A stretch of 64,000 nt of DNA from Sulfurospirillum sp. UBA2217 (GTDB lineage: Bacteria > Campylobacterota > Campylobacteria > Campylobacterales > Sulfurospirillaceae), in the NCBI GenBank assembly GCA_002328495.1, contig DCUJ01000009.1, positions 97,180-161,179 of the forward strand, written 5' to 3'. The notes below the pieces were generated by a model, which was given only the letters and a program-made list of their open reading frames with translations, did not search any database and was not told the origin of the DNA. Every line of letters begins with the position of its first letter. The stretch's first letter is position 1. This document shows, piece by piece, positions 41,637 through 50,686 of the stretch. The position numbers and the translations under genes are program-made.

Positions 41637-42983
41637 ATGCGCTTGCTTTTTTTTCTATTTTTTTCACTTTGTATCTCTTATGCGACTGAGCAGATAACCC
41701 TCTCACAAGCACTAGAGAAAGTACGCCAGAGCAATCTTGAACTCTCTATTGCAACATTAGATGAAGACATTGCTCAGTTGGAGCAAAAGGTTGCGGAAGG
41801 TCAAACGTGGGGAAGCCTTGATTTAACCCAAAGTGCCCTTCGCTCAAACGATGCGCTCTCTGTCTTTGGCTTTAAATTACAATCTCGCGAAGCAACCTTT
41901 GGTGATTTTGGTTTTTCACAGTTTGATTCTACCAACCCAAATGTCTTACATGTAGTGCCCAATGACTTAAATGAGCCACAGGTGAGAAATCATTTTCAAA
42001 CCGCATTAGAGTACACCATCCCGCTTTATACGGGTGGAAGAATGCAAGCCCATCAAAAGATAGCGCATGCCATCAAGGTGATTAAGACTTTGAGTAAAGA
42101 AGAGCTTCTAGTGCAAAAACAGTTTGAGGTTAAAAAGACATTTCATACCCTCTCACTCTTACACTACCATATAGCACAGCTTCGCATTGTTGCCTCCAAT
42201 GTTGCTAAAATCGAACAGATGACTCAAGCGATGCTTGAAGAAGGTTACGCTAAAAACGTGGATCTTTTGGAAGTACAAGCACGCAAAAGTGATGTACAGA
42301 GGCTGTTACATCAAAGCGAATCCAATCAAAAACTCTTATACCATTTTCTCTCTTTTTTGCTTCAAATGCCCATTGAGGGAATCACTTTAGTGGAGGAAGA
42401 TGGTACTTTTGATGTAAAAAGTGAAACTATGGTGCTTGAAAGCAATAGTGCTATTCAAAAAGCACTCAAGGGCTTGGATATTTCTAAAATGCAGATTGAC
42501 CTCGCACACAGTGCATTTTTACCGCAAATTGGAGCGTTTGCCAGTTATGGAAGCAGTGATAATCACTTTTTAAATGATTTTGAAGAGAAGCAAAGTTATA
42601 CCGTAGGGCTTCAAATGCGTTGGAATATTTTACGTGGTGGGATCGATAAAAACACTTTGGAAAAATCACGTGTTGAACATCTTAAAGCACAACTTCAATT
42701 ACGTTTAGCACAAGAATCAACCCTTTTACGATGGCGCAAACTCAAAACGCAGATAGACAATGATAGTTTTGAAATTGAGAGTTTGAAAAAAGAGCTTCGT
42801 TTAGCAGAAGCCATTTATGAAAATTATGCAGGGCGATATCGTGAAAAATTGGTTTCTATTCATGAAGTCTTACTTAAGCAATCCGATGAGATTGGAAAAC
42901 GCTTGAAATTGCGAGAATTACAAAACAGACGCAATGAAACATTTTTTGAACTTGAAACACTTATCAGTAAGGAGATTTTGTGA
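41637..42983 (+). CDS. TolC-family outer-membrane efflux protein
   Basis: Signal peptide, ITLSQAL..V..SN, YTIPLYTGG, AFLPQIG, WNILRGG. Confidence 0.9.
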   Translation: MRLLFFLFFSLCISYATEQITLSQALEKVRQSNLELSIATLDEDIAQLEQKVAEGQTWGSLDLTQSALRSNDALSVFGFKLQSREATFGDFGFSQFDSTNPNVLHVVPNDLNEPQVRNHFQTALEYTIPLYTGGRMQAHQKIAHAIKVIKTLSKEELLVQKQFEVKKTFHTLSLLHYHIAQLRIVASNVAKIEQMTQAMLEEGYAKNVDLLEVQARKSDVQRLLHQSESNQKLLYHFLSFLLQMPIEGITLVEEDGTFDVKSETMVLESNSAIQKALKGLDISKMQIDLAHSAFLPQIGAFASYGSSDNHFLNDFEEKQSYTVGLQMRWNILRGGIDKNTLEKSRVEHLKAQLQLRLAQESTLLRWRKLKTQIDNDSFEIESLKKELRLAEAIYENYAGRYREKLVSIHEVLLKQSDEIGKRLKLRELQNRRNETFFELETLISKEIL

Positions 42984-43792
42984 AATCATTACATGTAAAG
43001 AGGTTGGTATTTTTTTTATTATGGAGTGCAAGCCTTCAAGCAGCTTCCATTACCTTAAGTGGCGTGGTGACATCGGACAATGAAAAGAGCATTGCGAGCC
43101 GTTATATGGGCTATATCAAAGAGGTTTTGGTAGATGAGGGTAGTGTGGTAAAAAAAGGCGATTTGCTTTACACCATAGACTCCAATGAAATCGATACCGC
43201 CAAAGTACAGGTGGAACAAAGCATCGCCCAAGCAGAGCTTAACGTTCAAATGTACGAAAACCAATACGCCAATGCCTTGCTCAATTTAGAGCGCCATCAA
43301 AGGCTTTTGCAACAAGATATGGTGTCAAAATTTGATGTCGAAAATCTTGAACTCTCTTCTAAAAATCTCAAAGCTATGCTAGAGATTGCTAAAAAACAAC
43401 GTCTACAAGCCCATGCAAAACTCAAAGAAGTTCACAATCAATACCACTACCTCGATGTGCGCTCACCAAGTGATGGTGTTGTGATTGCTAAAAAAATCAG
43501 AGCAGGGGAAATGGCATTACCTGGGGTACCTGCATTGGTGTTGGTTGACCTTGCACATGTGAAAATTCTAGCCGAAGTCTCTGAAAATCATCTCTCCTCA
43601 CTTAAACTTGGCGATAAAGTCTCTTTTTCCATTCGTTCTATCTCACACCAAGGGGAAGGAAAGGTTGTGGCGATTGTCCCCAATTCCAATGCACTCTCTC
43701 ATAGTTTTAAAGTAAAAATTGCATTTGATACCACACCGCTCATTTATCCAGGGATGTATGCTGAAGTGGTCTTTGATAGGTTAAATCCATGA
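42980..43792 (+). CDS. RND periplasmic adaptor (membrane fusion protein)
   Basis: IASRYMGYI..V.VDEGS.VKKGDLL lipoyl halves, coiled coil, VRSPSDGVV, IYPGMYAEV. Confidence 0.93.
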   Translation: MKSLHVKRLVFFLLWSASLQAASITLSGVVTSDNEKSIASRYMGYIKEVLVDEGSVVKKGDLLYTIDSNEIDTAKVQVEQSIAQAELNVQMYENQYANALLNLERHQRLLQQDMVSKFDVENLELSSKNLKAMLEIAKKQRLQAHAKLKEVHNQYHYLDVRSPSDGVVIAKKIRAGEMALPGVPALVLVDLAHVKILAEVSENHLSSLKLGDKVSFSIRSISHQGEGKVVAIVPNSNALSHSFKVKIAFDTTPLIYPGMYAEVVFDRLNP

Positions 43793-45378
43793 GTTACCGC
43801 TATAAAGAACGCTACCTTGCTGGCTACCTTGCGCGCCTATTTTTACACAATCCTCTCACCAGTGTGCTAGGGGTTACGCTGATTCTTTTAGGCGTGATTG
43901 CCCTTTGGTTTATGCCCCGTGAGGAAGATCCTCAGATTTCGATTAGTGGGGGAACGGTCATCGTAGGGTTAGCAGGTGCAAGTGCTGAAGAGGTGGAACG
44001 CGTGATTGTGCGCCCTTTAGAGCGACGTATTAAAGAGATTAAGGGGGTTGAACATATCTATGGTGTCGCAAGTGACAATGTGGGTGTGGTCAATGTCATG
44101 TACTACATCGGAGAAAACAGAGAAGCTTCCAATCTCAAACTCTACGATAAAGTGATGCAAAACATGGATCAACTTCCTCAAGGTGCGACAACACCGCTCG
44201 TGCGTCCTTTTGACATTGACATTGATATTCCTATTCTTTCCATTGCATTTTACGCCAAAGAAGGTAGCGTAGTGGAGAGTGTCGAGCTTTATAAGCGCAT
44301 TGAAGAGATACGAAACGCCTTAGGAAATGTCCCCAATGTGGCAAAGACGGAGCTTAAAGGGGAGCTAAAAGAGCAGTTTAATGTTGAAGTTGATTTGGGA
44401 AAACTAGCAGGATACCACCTCTCCTTAGCACATATTCAAACCGCTCTCAAAGCTCTTAGCGTTAGCATGCCCGATATTAAAAATCGCACGGGAGATGGGA
44501 AATTGCTTGTTTTTGGGATCGCCAATGCGATTGAGAGTGTGGAAGATATTCAAAATGTCATCATCGCGCAATACGCAGGCTCGGCTATCTATCTGAAAGA
44601 CGTGGCAACGGTAAGTGCTGGGACTGAGATACAAAATCTTAAACGCGCTCATATCAGTTACACAACAGACAATGGTTTCACCCCTTTGCGTGAGCAAGTA
44701 ACCCTAAGCGTTTCAAAGCTCAAAGGCTCCAACGCCGTGGTGATTGCCGAAGATGTATTGGAGCGTATTGAGAGTTTTAAGGCGTGCTTGGACAGTGTAG
44801 GCATTGGCTACATTATTACTCGAAATTATGGAGAACGTGCCAATGAAGCGGTCAATGAATTGGTTTTTCATTTGCTTATTTCGATTGTAATCATTGCTGT
44901 TTTACTCATTTTTATCTTAGGGTTTAGGGAGGGGATGATTGTCACGCTTACCGTTCCTGCGATTTTAGCGATTACGATTTTTATAGCATACATGAGCGAT
45001 CAAACCATCAACCGCATCACGTTGTTTGCTTTTTTACTCAGCCTTGGACTTTTAGTGGACGATGTGATCGTGGTGATTGAAAATATTCACCGACATTTAC
45101 ACGATAAACTCTCCGCTCAAAAACCTTTTGATGAGATTCTCATTGAAGCAACCGATGAGATAGGCGCACCGACCAATTTAGCCACGATAGCTATTATCCT
45201 CACGATGGTGCCAATGGCGTTTGTGGGGCAGATGATGGGAGAGTTTATGAAACCCATTCCGTTGAATGTGCCTGTTGCGATGTTGGCTTCTTTGCTGATA
45301 GCGTATATTTTTACACCATTTTTAGCGCAACTCTTTTTGAAAAAGAAGCACCATGCAAAAGGAGAGAGCGATGCATAG
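43789..45378 (+). CDS. RND (AcrB/CzcA-like) permease, N-terminal half (TM1-6)
   Basis: MPREEDPQI, GASAEEVE..IVRPLE, IKGVEHI, VPAILA, TINRITLFA, GLLVDDVIVVIENI, VPMAF, AYIFTPFL. 529 aa. Confidence 0.9.
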   Translation: MSYRYKERYLAGYLARLFLHNPLTSVLGVTLILLGVIALWFMPREEDPQISISGGTVIVGLAGASAEEVERVIVRPLERRIKEIKGVEHIYGVASDNVGVVNVMYYIGENREASNLKLYDKVMQNMDQLPQGATTPLVRPFDIDIDIPILSIAFYAKEGSVVESVELYKRIEEIRNALGNVPNVAKTELKGELKEQFNVEVDLGKLAGYHLSLAHIQTALKALSVSMPDIKNRTGDGKLLVFGIANAIESVEDIQNVIIAQYAGSAIYLKDVATVSAGTEIQNLKRAHISYTTDNGFTPLREQVTLSVSKLKGSNAVVIAEDVLERIESFKACLDSVGIGYIITRNYGERANEAVNELVFHLLISIVIIAVLLIFILGFREGMIVTLTVPAILAITIFIAYMSDQTINRITLFAFLLSLGLLVDDVIVVIENIHRHLHDKLSAQKPFDEILIEATDEIGAPTNLATIAIILTMVPMAFVGQMMGEFMKPIPLNVPVAMLASLLIAYIFTPFLAQLFLKKKHHAKGESDA

Positions 45379-47029
45379 ATTGGAGCAGTTTATTTATGGC
45401 ATTTTAACCTCTCCCCAAAAGAAAAAAATGGTACTTTTGCTGACTTTTTTAGCCTTTTTAGGCTCTGTGTTGATGTTCCCGACCAACATTGTTTTAGCCA
45501 AAATGTTACCAGGGAAAAGTACCAATACCTTTTCTATTTATGTGGATTTACCCAATGGAAGCTCATTTGATGAAAACCAAAAAGTTAACCAATGCGTTGT
45601 CTCTTTGTTGCAAAAGGAGAAAGAGGTACGTAACATTGAAGTGTTTAGCGGTATGGGCTCACCCCTTGATTATGCAGGCTTAGTGAAAGGTTCTGGTTTT
45701 AAAATGGGAGAGCACCTCAGTGAAATCGTGGTCAATTTAAGCGATTTGCATGAGAGGGATGAGCGTTCGTATAGCATGGTGCACAGGTTGCGTCCCCTCA
45801 TTCAAAAGGCGTGTGAACCTTTGGTCGAACGCACAAGCATCAAAATGGTAGAACAACCCGCTGGCCCTCCGACACTCTCAGCACTCGTGATTGAATTGTA
45901 TGGAGAAGATGAGCAGAGCTTAAGAGGGCTTTCAAAAGAGCTCAAGTCGATTTTAGAACACACACCTGATTTGGTGGATGTGGATATCTTAAATGACGAC
46001 ATCTACACCAAATACACTTTAATCCTTGATACGCAAAAAGTGATGCACTCTAACGTTGCCATTGATGCTTTGCACTCCCTTTTGTATCTCTCCTTTGAAG
46101 GAGCGGCCGTTGCGCATAAAAACAGTGATATGTCGCCTGCGCAAGTGCCTATATTTGTAGTTTTAAGTGAGGGTTCTAAAAAAATAGCTCAGCTTTCACG
46201 AGAGCATCTTGAAGCCAAATTAGCCTCAGTGATGATACCCAATCACATGGGCACGCTGATACCTCTAAATACCTTGGTTCGCGTTGAGGAGACACAATCC
46301 ACCCCGACCATCATGTCTAAAAATTTGCAAAAAATGGTGACCATCGTGGCAGAAGCCGATTTGGTCTCCCAAGTCTATCCGCTCTTAGATGCACGCAGTG
46401 CTATTAAAGAGAAGCTTAAAGAGCGTTATGAGATTCGAAGTAGTCATCTTTTTGATTTGGAACTTAAAGACAAACGAAGTGGGGAAGTGTTCCAGTTGGT
46501 GTGGGATGGTGAGATGAAAGTCACTATGGATACGTTTCGAGACTTGGGCGGGGCATTTATCGCAGCCTTGGTCTTGATTTTTCTTTTGATGGTGGTTTAT
46601 TATAAAAGTTTTGCAATTTCAGGGGTCATTCTTTTGGGTAGCTTTCTTTCTATCATTGGGGTGATTGTAGGGCATTGGGTGATGGATGTTTTGGTTCAGG
46701 GTACGTTCTTTTTGACCGCAACATCACTCATTGGCTTCATCTCGCTTATGGGGATTAGCTCTCGAAATTCGCTTTTATTGATAGATTTTAGTATGACGTT
46801 GATGCACAAAGGGATGGAGAAAAAACGCTCCATCGCCATCGCTGTTGCCACGCGGGCTAAACCTATTTTTCTAACGGCTTTGGCGATTATTTTAGCCAGT
46901 ACACTTTTGGCGACCGACCCTGTCTTTGGAGGGCTTGGAGTGGCTCTTATCTTTGGAACCATCGCCGCAGTTATCGTCTCATTGATTGTGGTTCCTGTTT
47001 TGATGGATGACACAAAAGCAGTCCATTAA
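45371..47029 (+). CDS. RND permease, C-terminal half (TM7-12)
   Basis: Own GGAG RBS and ATG. LPGKSTNTF, AGPP, LIFLLMVVYY.SF, GFISLMGISSRNSLLLIDF, RAKPIFLTAL, DPVFGGLG. Confidence 0.9.
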   Translation: MHRLEQFIYGILTSPQKKKMVLLLTFLAFLGSVLMFPTNIVLAKMLPGKSTNTFSIYVDLPNGSSFDENQKVNQCVVSLLQKEKEVRNIEVFSGMGSPLDYAGLVKGSGFKMGEHLSEIVVNLSDLHERDERSYSMVHRLRPLIQKACEPLVERTSIKMVEQPAGPPTLSALVIELYGEDEQSLRGLSKELKSILEHTPDLVDVDILNDDIYTKYTLILDTQKVMHSNVAIDALHSLLYLSFEGAAVAHKNSDMSPAQVPIFVVLSEGSKKIAQLSREHLEAKLASVMIPNHMGTLIPLNTLVRVEETQSTPTIMSKNLQKMVTIVAEADLVSQVYPLLDARSAIKEKLKERYEIRSSHLFDLELKDKRSGEVFQLVWDGEMKVTMDTFRDLGGAFIAALVLIFLLMVVYYKSFAISGVILLGSFLSIIGVIVGHWVMDVLVQGTFFLTATSLIGFISLMGISSRNSLLLIDFSMTLMHKGMEKKRSIAIAVATRAKPIFLTALAIILASTLLATDPVFGGLGVALIFGTIAAVIVSLIVVPVLMDDTKAVH

Positions 47030-47031
47030 TC

Positions 47032-47070
47032 TTTACATGTAAGAAGTTTTTTTATCTTCTTACATGTAAA
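47032..47070. terminator. Bidirectional terminator whose two arms are each TTACATGTAA
   Basis: TTTACATGTAAGAAG-9 nt-CTTCTTACATGTAAA, between convergent genes. Confidence 0.85.
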
Positions 47071-47216
47071 AATCTTCGGGTCATCACATAAAATTTCATC
47101 ATTCTGTAGGTGAAATAGCGCTTATTGACCAAATATGCTCTATGACATTTCTCATTTTTTAAACACTCAAACACCTCTTCTAACGCCCGTTTTTCACACA
47201 CACTCAGATTGGTCAT
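47052..47216 (-). CDS. Small basic hypothetical protein (54 aa; below the ORF-track cutoff)
   Basis: MTNLSVCEKRALEEVFECLKNEKCHRAYLVNKRYFTYRMMKFYVMTRRFLHVRR. ATGA overlap with the HTH gene stop and AAGGA RBS. Confidence 0.55.
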   Translation of the reverse strand: MTNLSVCEKRALEEVFECLKNEKCHRAYLVNKRYFTYRMMKFYVMTRRFLHVRR

Positions 47217-47461
47217 ACCGCTTCCTTTTGCCCGTCATTTATCTTGCGTACCAGTCTTACTATATCTGCATCTTTCAATTTACCTAACATATTAAAAACA
47301 ACAGGAATCGCCATAGGTGCACTGTTTCCTAGTCTCCACTCTTGATACGTTCGCATCGAAATACCAAACTCATCTGCCATTTTTTTTTGAGAAATCTTTT
47401 TCCCCAAATGTTCGGCTTCAATAGCATTATGCAAAAGATTGATGATGTCGTTTGTTTTCAT
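47213..47461 (-). CDS. Cro/C1-type (XRE) HTH DNA-binding protein
   Basis: ISQKKMADEFGISMRTYQEWRLGNSAP, an XRE HTH signature. Confidence 0.88.
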   Translation of the reverse strand: MKTNDIINLLHNAIEAEHLGKKISQKKMADEFGISMRTYQEWRLGNSAPMAIPVVFNMLGKLKDADIVRLVRKINDGQKEAV

Positions 47462-47637
47462 CGTATTATTGTAGTAAAAACTGTATTAAATATAAATTAA
47501 TTAGTGTAAAAAATACATATAAAATTATATTTTAAACAATTAAAAAGATATTATATCAATAATTATGAATTTATTAATCAATAAAATTGTTATAGTATAC
47601 AATATAATGTATAAAAATATTTCTCTAAACTTTTTTT

Positions 47638-47646
47638 TGCTATAAT
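47638..47646 (+). promoter_or_regulatory. Extended -10 promoter of efp
   Basis: TGCTATAAT preceded by a long AT-rich tract and followed by AGGAG RBS. Confidence 0.75.
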
Positions 47647-47673
47647 CTCACAAACTTACATTTAGGAGAAATT

Positions 47674-48237
47674 ATGGCCTCTATCGGAATGGGCGACTTA
47701 AAAAAAGGGTTAAAAATCGAGCTTAACGGCGTTCCTTATAAAATCGTTGAGTATCAACATGTCAAACCAGGTAAGGGTGCGGCATTTGTACGCTGTAAAA
47801 TCAAATCATTTACCAATGGAAAAGTCATTGAGAAGACGTTTCATGCGGGCGATAAGTGTGAAACACCCAATCTTGAAGATAAAGTCATGCAATTTTTATA
47901 TGACGATGGTGAATTCTTGCAGTTTATGGACAGTGTCAGTTATGAGCAAATTGGGCTTACCCGTGACCAAGTGGGCGAAGCGGCAGATTGGATTATTGAT
48001 GGGATGAATGTGGATATGTTGTTCCACAACGGTCAGCCTATCGGTGTAGACGCACCTGCATTTGTTGAGCTTAAAATCGTTGAAACACCCCCTAACTTTA
48101 AAGGCGACACCCAAGGTGGAAGAAAACCTGCAACACTAGAAAGTGGTGCGGTGGTTCAAGTACCGTTTCATATTTTAGAAGGCGATACCATTAAAGTAGA
48201 CACGGTTCGTGGTGAATACTTAGAAAAAGTGAAGTAA
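47674..48237 (+). CDS. efp: Elongation factor P
   Basis: [47 protein letters not shown]. Confidence 0.99.
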   Translation: MASIGMGDLKKGLKIELNGVPYKIVEYQHVKPGKGAAFVRCKIKSFTNGKVIEKTFHAGDKCETPNLEDKVMQFLYDDGEFLQFMDSVSYEQIGLTRDQVGEAADWIIDGMNVDMLFHNGQPIGVDAPAFVELKIVETPPNFKGDTQGGRKPATLESGAVVQVPFHILEGDTIKVDTVRGEYLEKVK

Positions 48238-48241
48238 CCCA

Positions 48242-48793
48242 ATGTCTCGCAAAGTATTGATCCCTTTAGCTTTAGGATTTGAGGAAATTGAAGCGATTAG
48301 TGTTGCTGATATTTTACGTCGAGCAAAAGTTGATGTGGTGCTTGCGGGATTAACGACTTTGCACGTTCAAGGAGCGCATGGCATTTGTGTGGTTGCCGAT
48401 GCGCTTTTAAAAGAGATTGATGGTGATGCGTTTGATATGATAGTCCTCCCTGGAGGACTTCCTGGTGCTTTGCATTTAGCCCAAGATGCGCACCTTCAAG
48501 CTCTTTTAAAAACATTTGACGCTCAAGAAAAATTTATAGCTGCCATTTGCGCTGCTCCTTATGCCCTTAAATGTGCAGGAGTGCTTAAAAATAACTACAC
48601 ATGTTACCCTTCCTTTGAAACAAAAATCGACCATGATGGTTATACTTCTATGCAAAAAATTGTTTGTGATGAAAATATTATCACCTCGCAAGGTCCTAGC
48701 ACGGCGATGCTTTTTGCTTTGAAACTGGTTGAAATCTTATGCGGTCATGACATCGCACAACACCTCCAACAAGATTTATTACTCACACGCTGA
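48242..48793 (+). CDS. DJ-1/PfpI family (YajL/ThiJ-like) protein
   Basis: GFEEIEA..DILRRA, IVLPGGLPGA, IAAICAAP, TCYP, TSQGPSTA. Confidence 0.95.
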   Translation: MSRKVLIPLALGFEEIEAISVADILRRAKVDVVLAGLTTLHVQGAHGICVVADALLKEIDGDAFDMIVLPGGLPGALHLAQDAHLQALLKTFDAQEKFIAAICAAPYALKCAGVLKNNYTCYPSFETKIDHDGYTSMQKIVCDENIITSQGPSTAMLFALKLVEILCGHDIAQHLQQDLLLTR

Positions 48794-49035
48794 TTTTTTT
48801 GTTTAGGGCGTTAAGTGTAACATTTTTACATGATTTACCCCCCCCTCTTTGGTTGTTTACTGTGTGACCCATATGTGACCTTTCGTATGTTACACTACAA
48901 AAATAATTTTGCATGTCTCTTTTGTCGTGCATCAGGGGCTCATGGGTGTGAGGTTTTTTTGTTTCAAAAGAAGCAAAATATGTGTCAAGACACTTTGAAA
49001 AATGTGTCTAAGATTTTAGATGAAGGATTTTAGAG

Positions 49036-50649
49036 ATGGCATTTACGACCATAAAAGGTAAACTAACGCTTTTGTTGCTGGCTTTAGTTCTCGGGTTTGG
49101 CGCTGTGAGTTTTCAAGTAGTTAAAGCTATTAACGATGGCAAAATGGCGGCAGTGAGACTCTCAGGCATCGGTGATGTAGACGCGGGATTGTCTGCTTGT
49201 ATGATGGAACTTCGAGGGTTTCAGCTTATGTGTAATCCGAAACGTTTGGAATCGTTTGAAGTACAGTATAGAAAGGCGGTCAAACATATTGAAATACTTA
49301 ATGCCATTTTAACGTCCAAAGCCAATCAAGAACGCATCGTAAAGCTTCAAAAAGATGTCCTTGCATGGTATCAACTCAATCTCCCTGGTGTTGAAATGCT
49401 TAAAAAATACGGCACAGAGGTCAATACGCCTTCATTTGCATTTGATCATAAAGCAGATTTTGAGCTTTTAGGCTCTTTAACCCAACAATCTGCCACACTG
49501 TTTGATGATATTTTAAAACAAGTAGATGCATTGGATGAGAATGTTAAAAAGAATAACTTTGCTCGTTTAGAAACCAATAAAGTTATGGTAGAAGTCACTT
49601 TGGGTGTGGTCTTCTTGTTTGTATTGATCCTTAGCATAGCCATCATGCGCTCCATTCAAAAATCGGTTTCAAAAGCTAAAGAGGGCATTGAGACGATGCG
49701 CCACAATAAAGCCTTACATGTAAAGCTTGAAACGGGTTCAAAAGATGAGATGAATGACATCGTACAGATGCAAAATTTGCTTTTTGCTGACATCAATAGT
49801 GCTATGATTGGTGCTAAAAATACTGCACATGAAAATGCATCTGTAGCAGAAGAACTCTCTTCTACGAGTTTAGAAATCGGTAAACGTGCTGAAGAAGAAG
49901 CCAATGTTGTGGCGCAAACGACACAAGAAGCCAAGGTGGTAGCCGTACAGATTCAAGAGGCAAGTGAGCAAGCCCAAGAGGTGAAAGAGATGACACTCAA
50001 GGCGCAAAACAGTCTTTCTTTAGCCCAAAAACTTTTGGGTGAGACCATCGCGCAACTTGAAGCCACTGCATCCGCAGAGACACAGATGAACGAACGACTA
50101 AATCACCTCACCACCGATGCCGCACAGGTCAAGTCTGTTTTAGAAGTGATTGGCGATATCGCAGACCAAACCAATCTTTTAGCACTGAACGCTGCCATCG
50201 AGGCCGCACGTGCGGGTGAGCATGGACGTGGGTTTGCCGTTGTCGCTGATGAAGTGCGCAAATTGGCGGAGCGAACACAAAAAAGTTTATTGGAAACCAA
50301 TGCCACGGTCAATGTCATTGTCCAATCCATCAGCGATATCAGCGGTGAGATGAATGTCAATGCAAAACGCATTACCGATTTGGCAGAGTTTTCCGATAAA
50401 GTAACCATTCAAACCCAAGATGCGGTAAGTGTGTTAGGTCAAAGTGTTGTTGCTACCGAAGGTGTCGTACGCAAAGCGGAGCAGAATGTGAAGCTTATCA
50501 ATGAATCTGTGGTTGATAAAATGGGCACAATCAACACCCTCTCAAGTTCCAATGCCAGAAGTGTCGAAGAGATAGCTGCTGCATCAGAGCATTTGGCACG
50601 TCTAGCAGGCAATCTCAGTAACACGCTTTCTCAGTTTAAAACCGCTTAA
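49036..50649 (+). CDS. Methyl-accepting chemotaxis protein
   Basis: Two TM helices, HAMP-like segment, [41 protein letters not shown]. Confidence 0.97.
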   Translation: MAFTTIKGKLTLLLLALVLGFGAVSFQVVKAINDGKMAAVRLSGIGDVDAGLSACMMELRGFQLMCNPKRLESFEVQYRKAVKHIEILNAILTSKANQERIVKLQKDVLAWYQLNLPGVEMLKKYGTEVNTPSFAFDHKADFELLGSLTQQSATLFDDILKQVDALDENVKKNNFARLETNKVMVEVTLGVVFLFVLILSIAIMRSIQKSVSKAKEGIETMRHNKALHVKLETGSKDEMNDIVQMQNLLFADINSAMIGAKNTAHENASVAEELSSTSLEIGKRAEEEANVVAQTTQEAKVVAVQIQEASEQAQEVKEMTLKAQNSLSLAQKLLGETIAQLEATASAETQMNERLNHLTTDAAQVKSVLEVIGDIADQTNLLALNAAIEAARAGEHGRGFAVVADEVRKLAERTQKSLLETNATVNVIVQSISDISGEMNVNAKRITDLAEFSDKVTIQTQDAVSVLGQSVVATEGVVRKAEQNVKLINESVVDKMGTINTLSSSNARSVEEIAAASEHLARLAGNLSNTLSQFKTA

Positions 50650-50655
50650 AAAGCG

Positions 50656-50686
50656 TTACATGTAAAGAGTGATTTTCACTCTTTAC
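50656..50686. terminator. Bidirectional terminator between MCP and mutS-HNH, starting from TTACATGTAA
   Basis: GTAAAGAGTGA-ttt-TCACTCTTTAC, overlapping the mutS stop codon. Confidence 0.8.

Noticed and set aside
45353-45378. RND split as a pseudogene or sequencing frameshift
   Set aside because: The break falls at the natural half boundary, the second half has its own SD and ATG, and both halves keep their catalytic motifs. Kept as a natural split pending read-level checks.
48794-49035. c-di-GMP or other riboswitch upstream of the MCP
   Set aside because: Only a short GACAC/GTGTC hairpin is present, with no GEMM GGCAAA/GCAAAG-type motifs.
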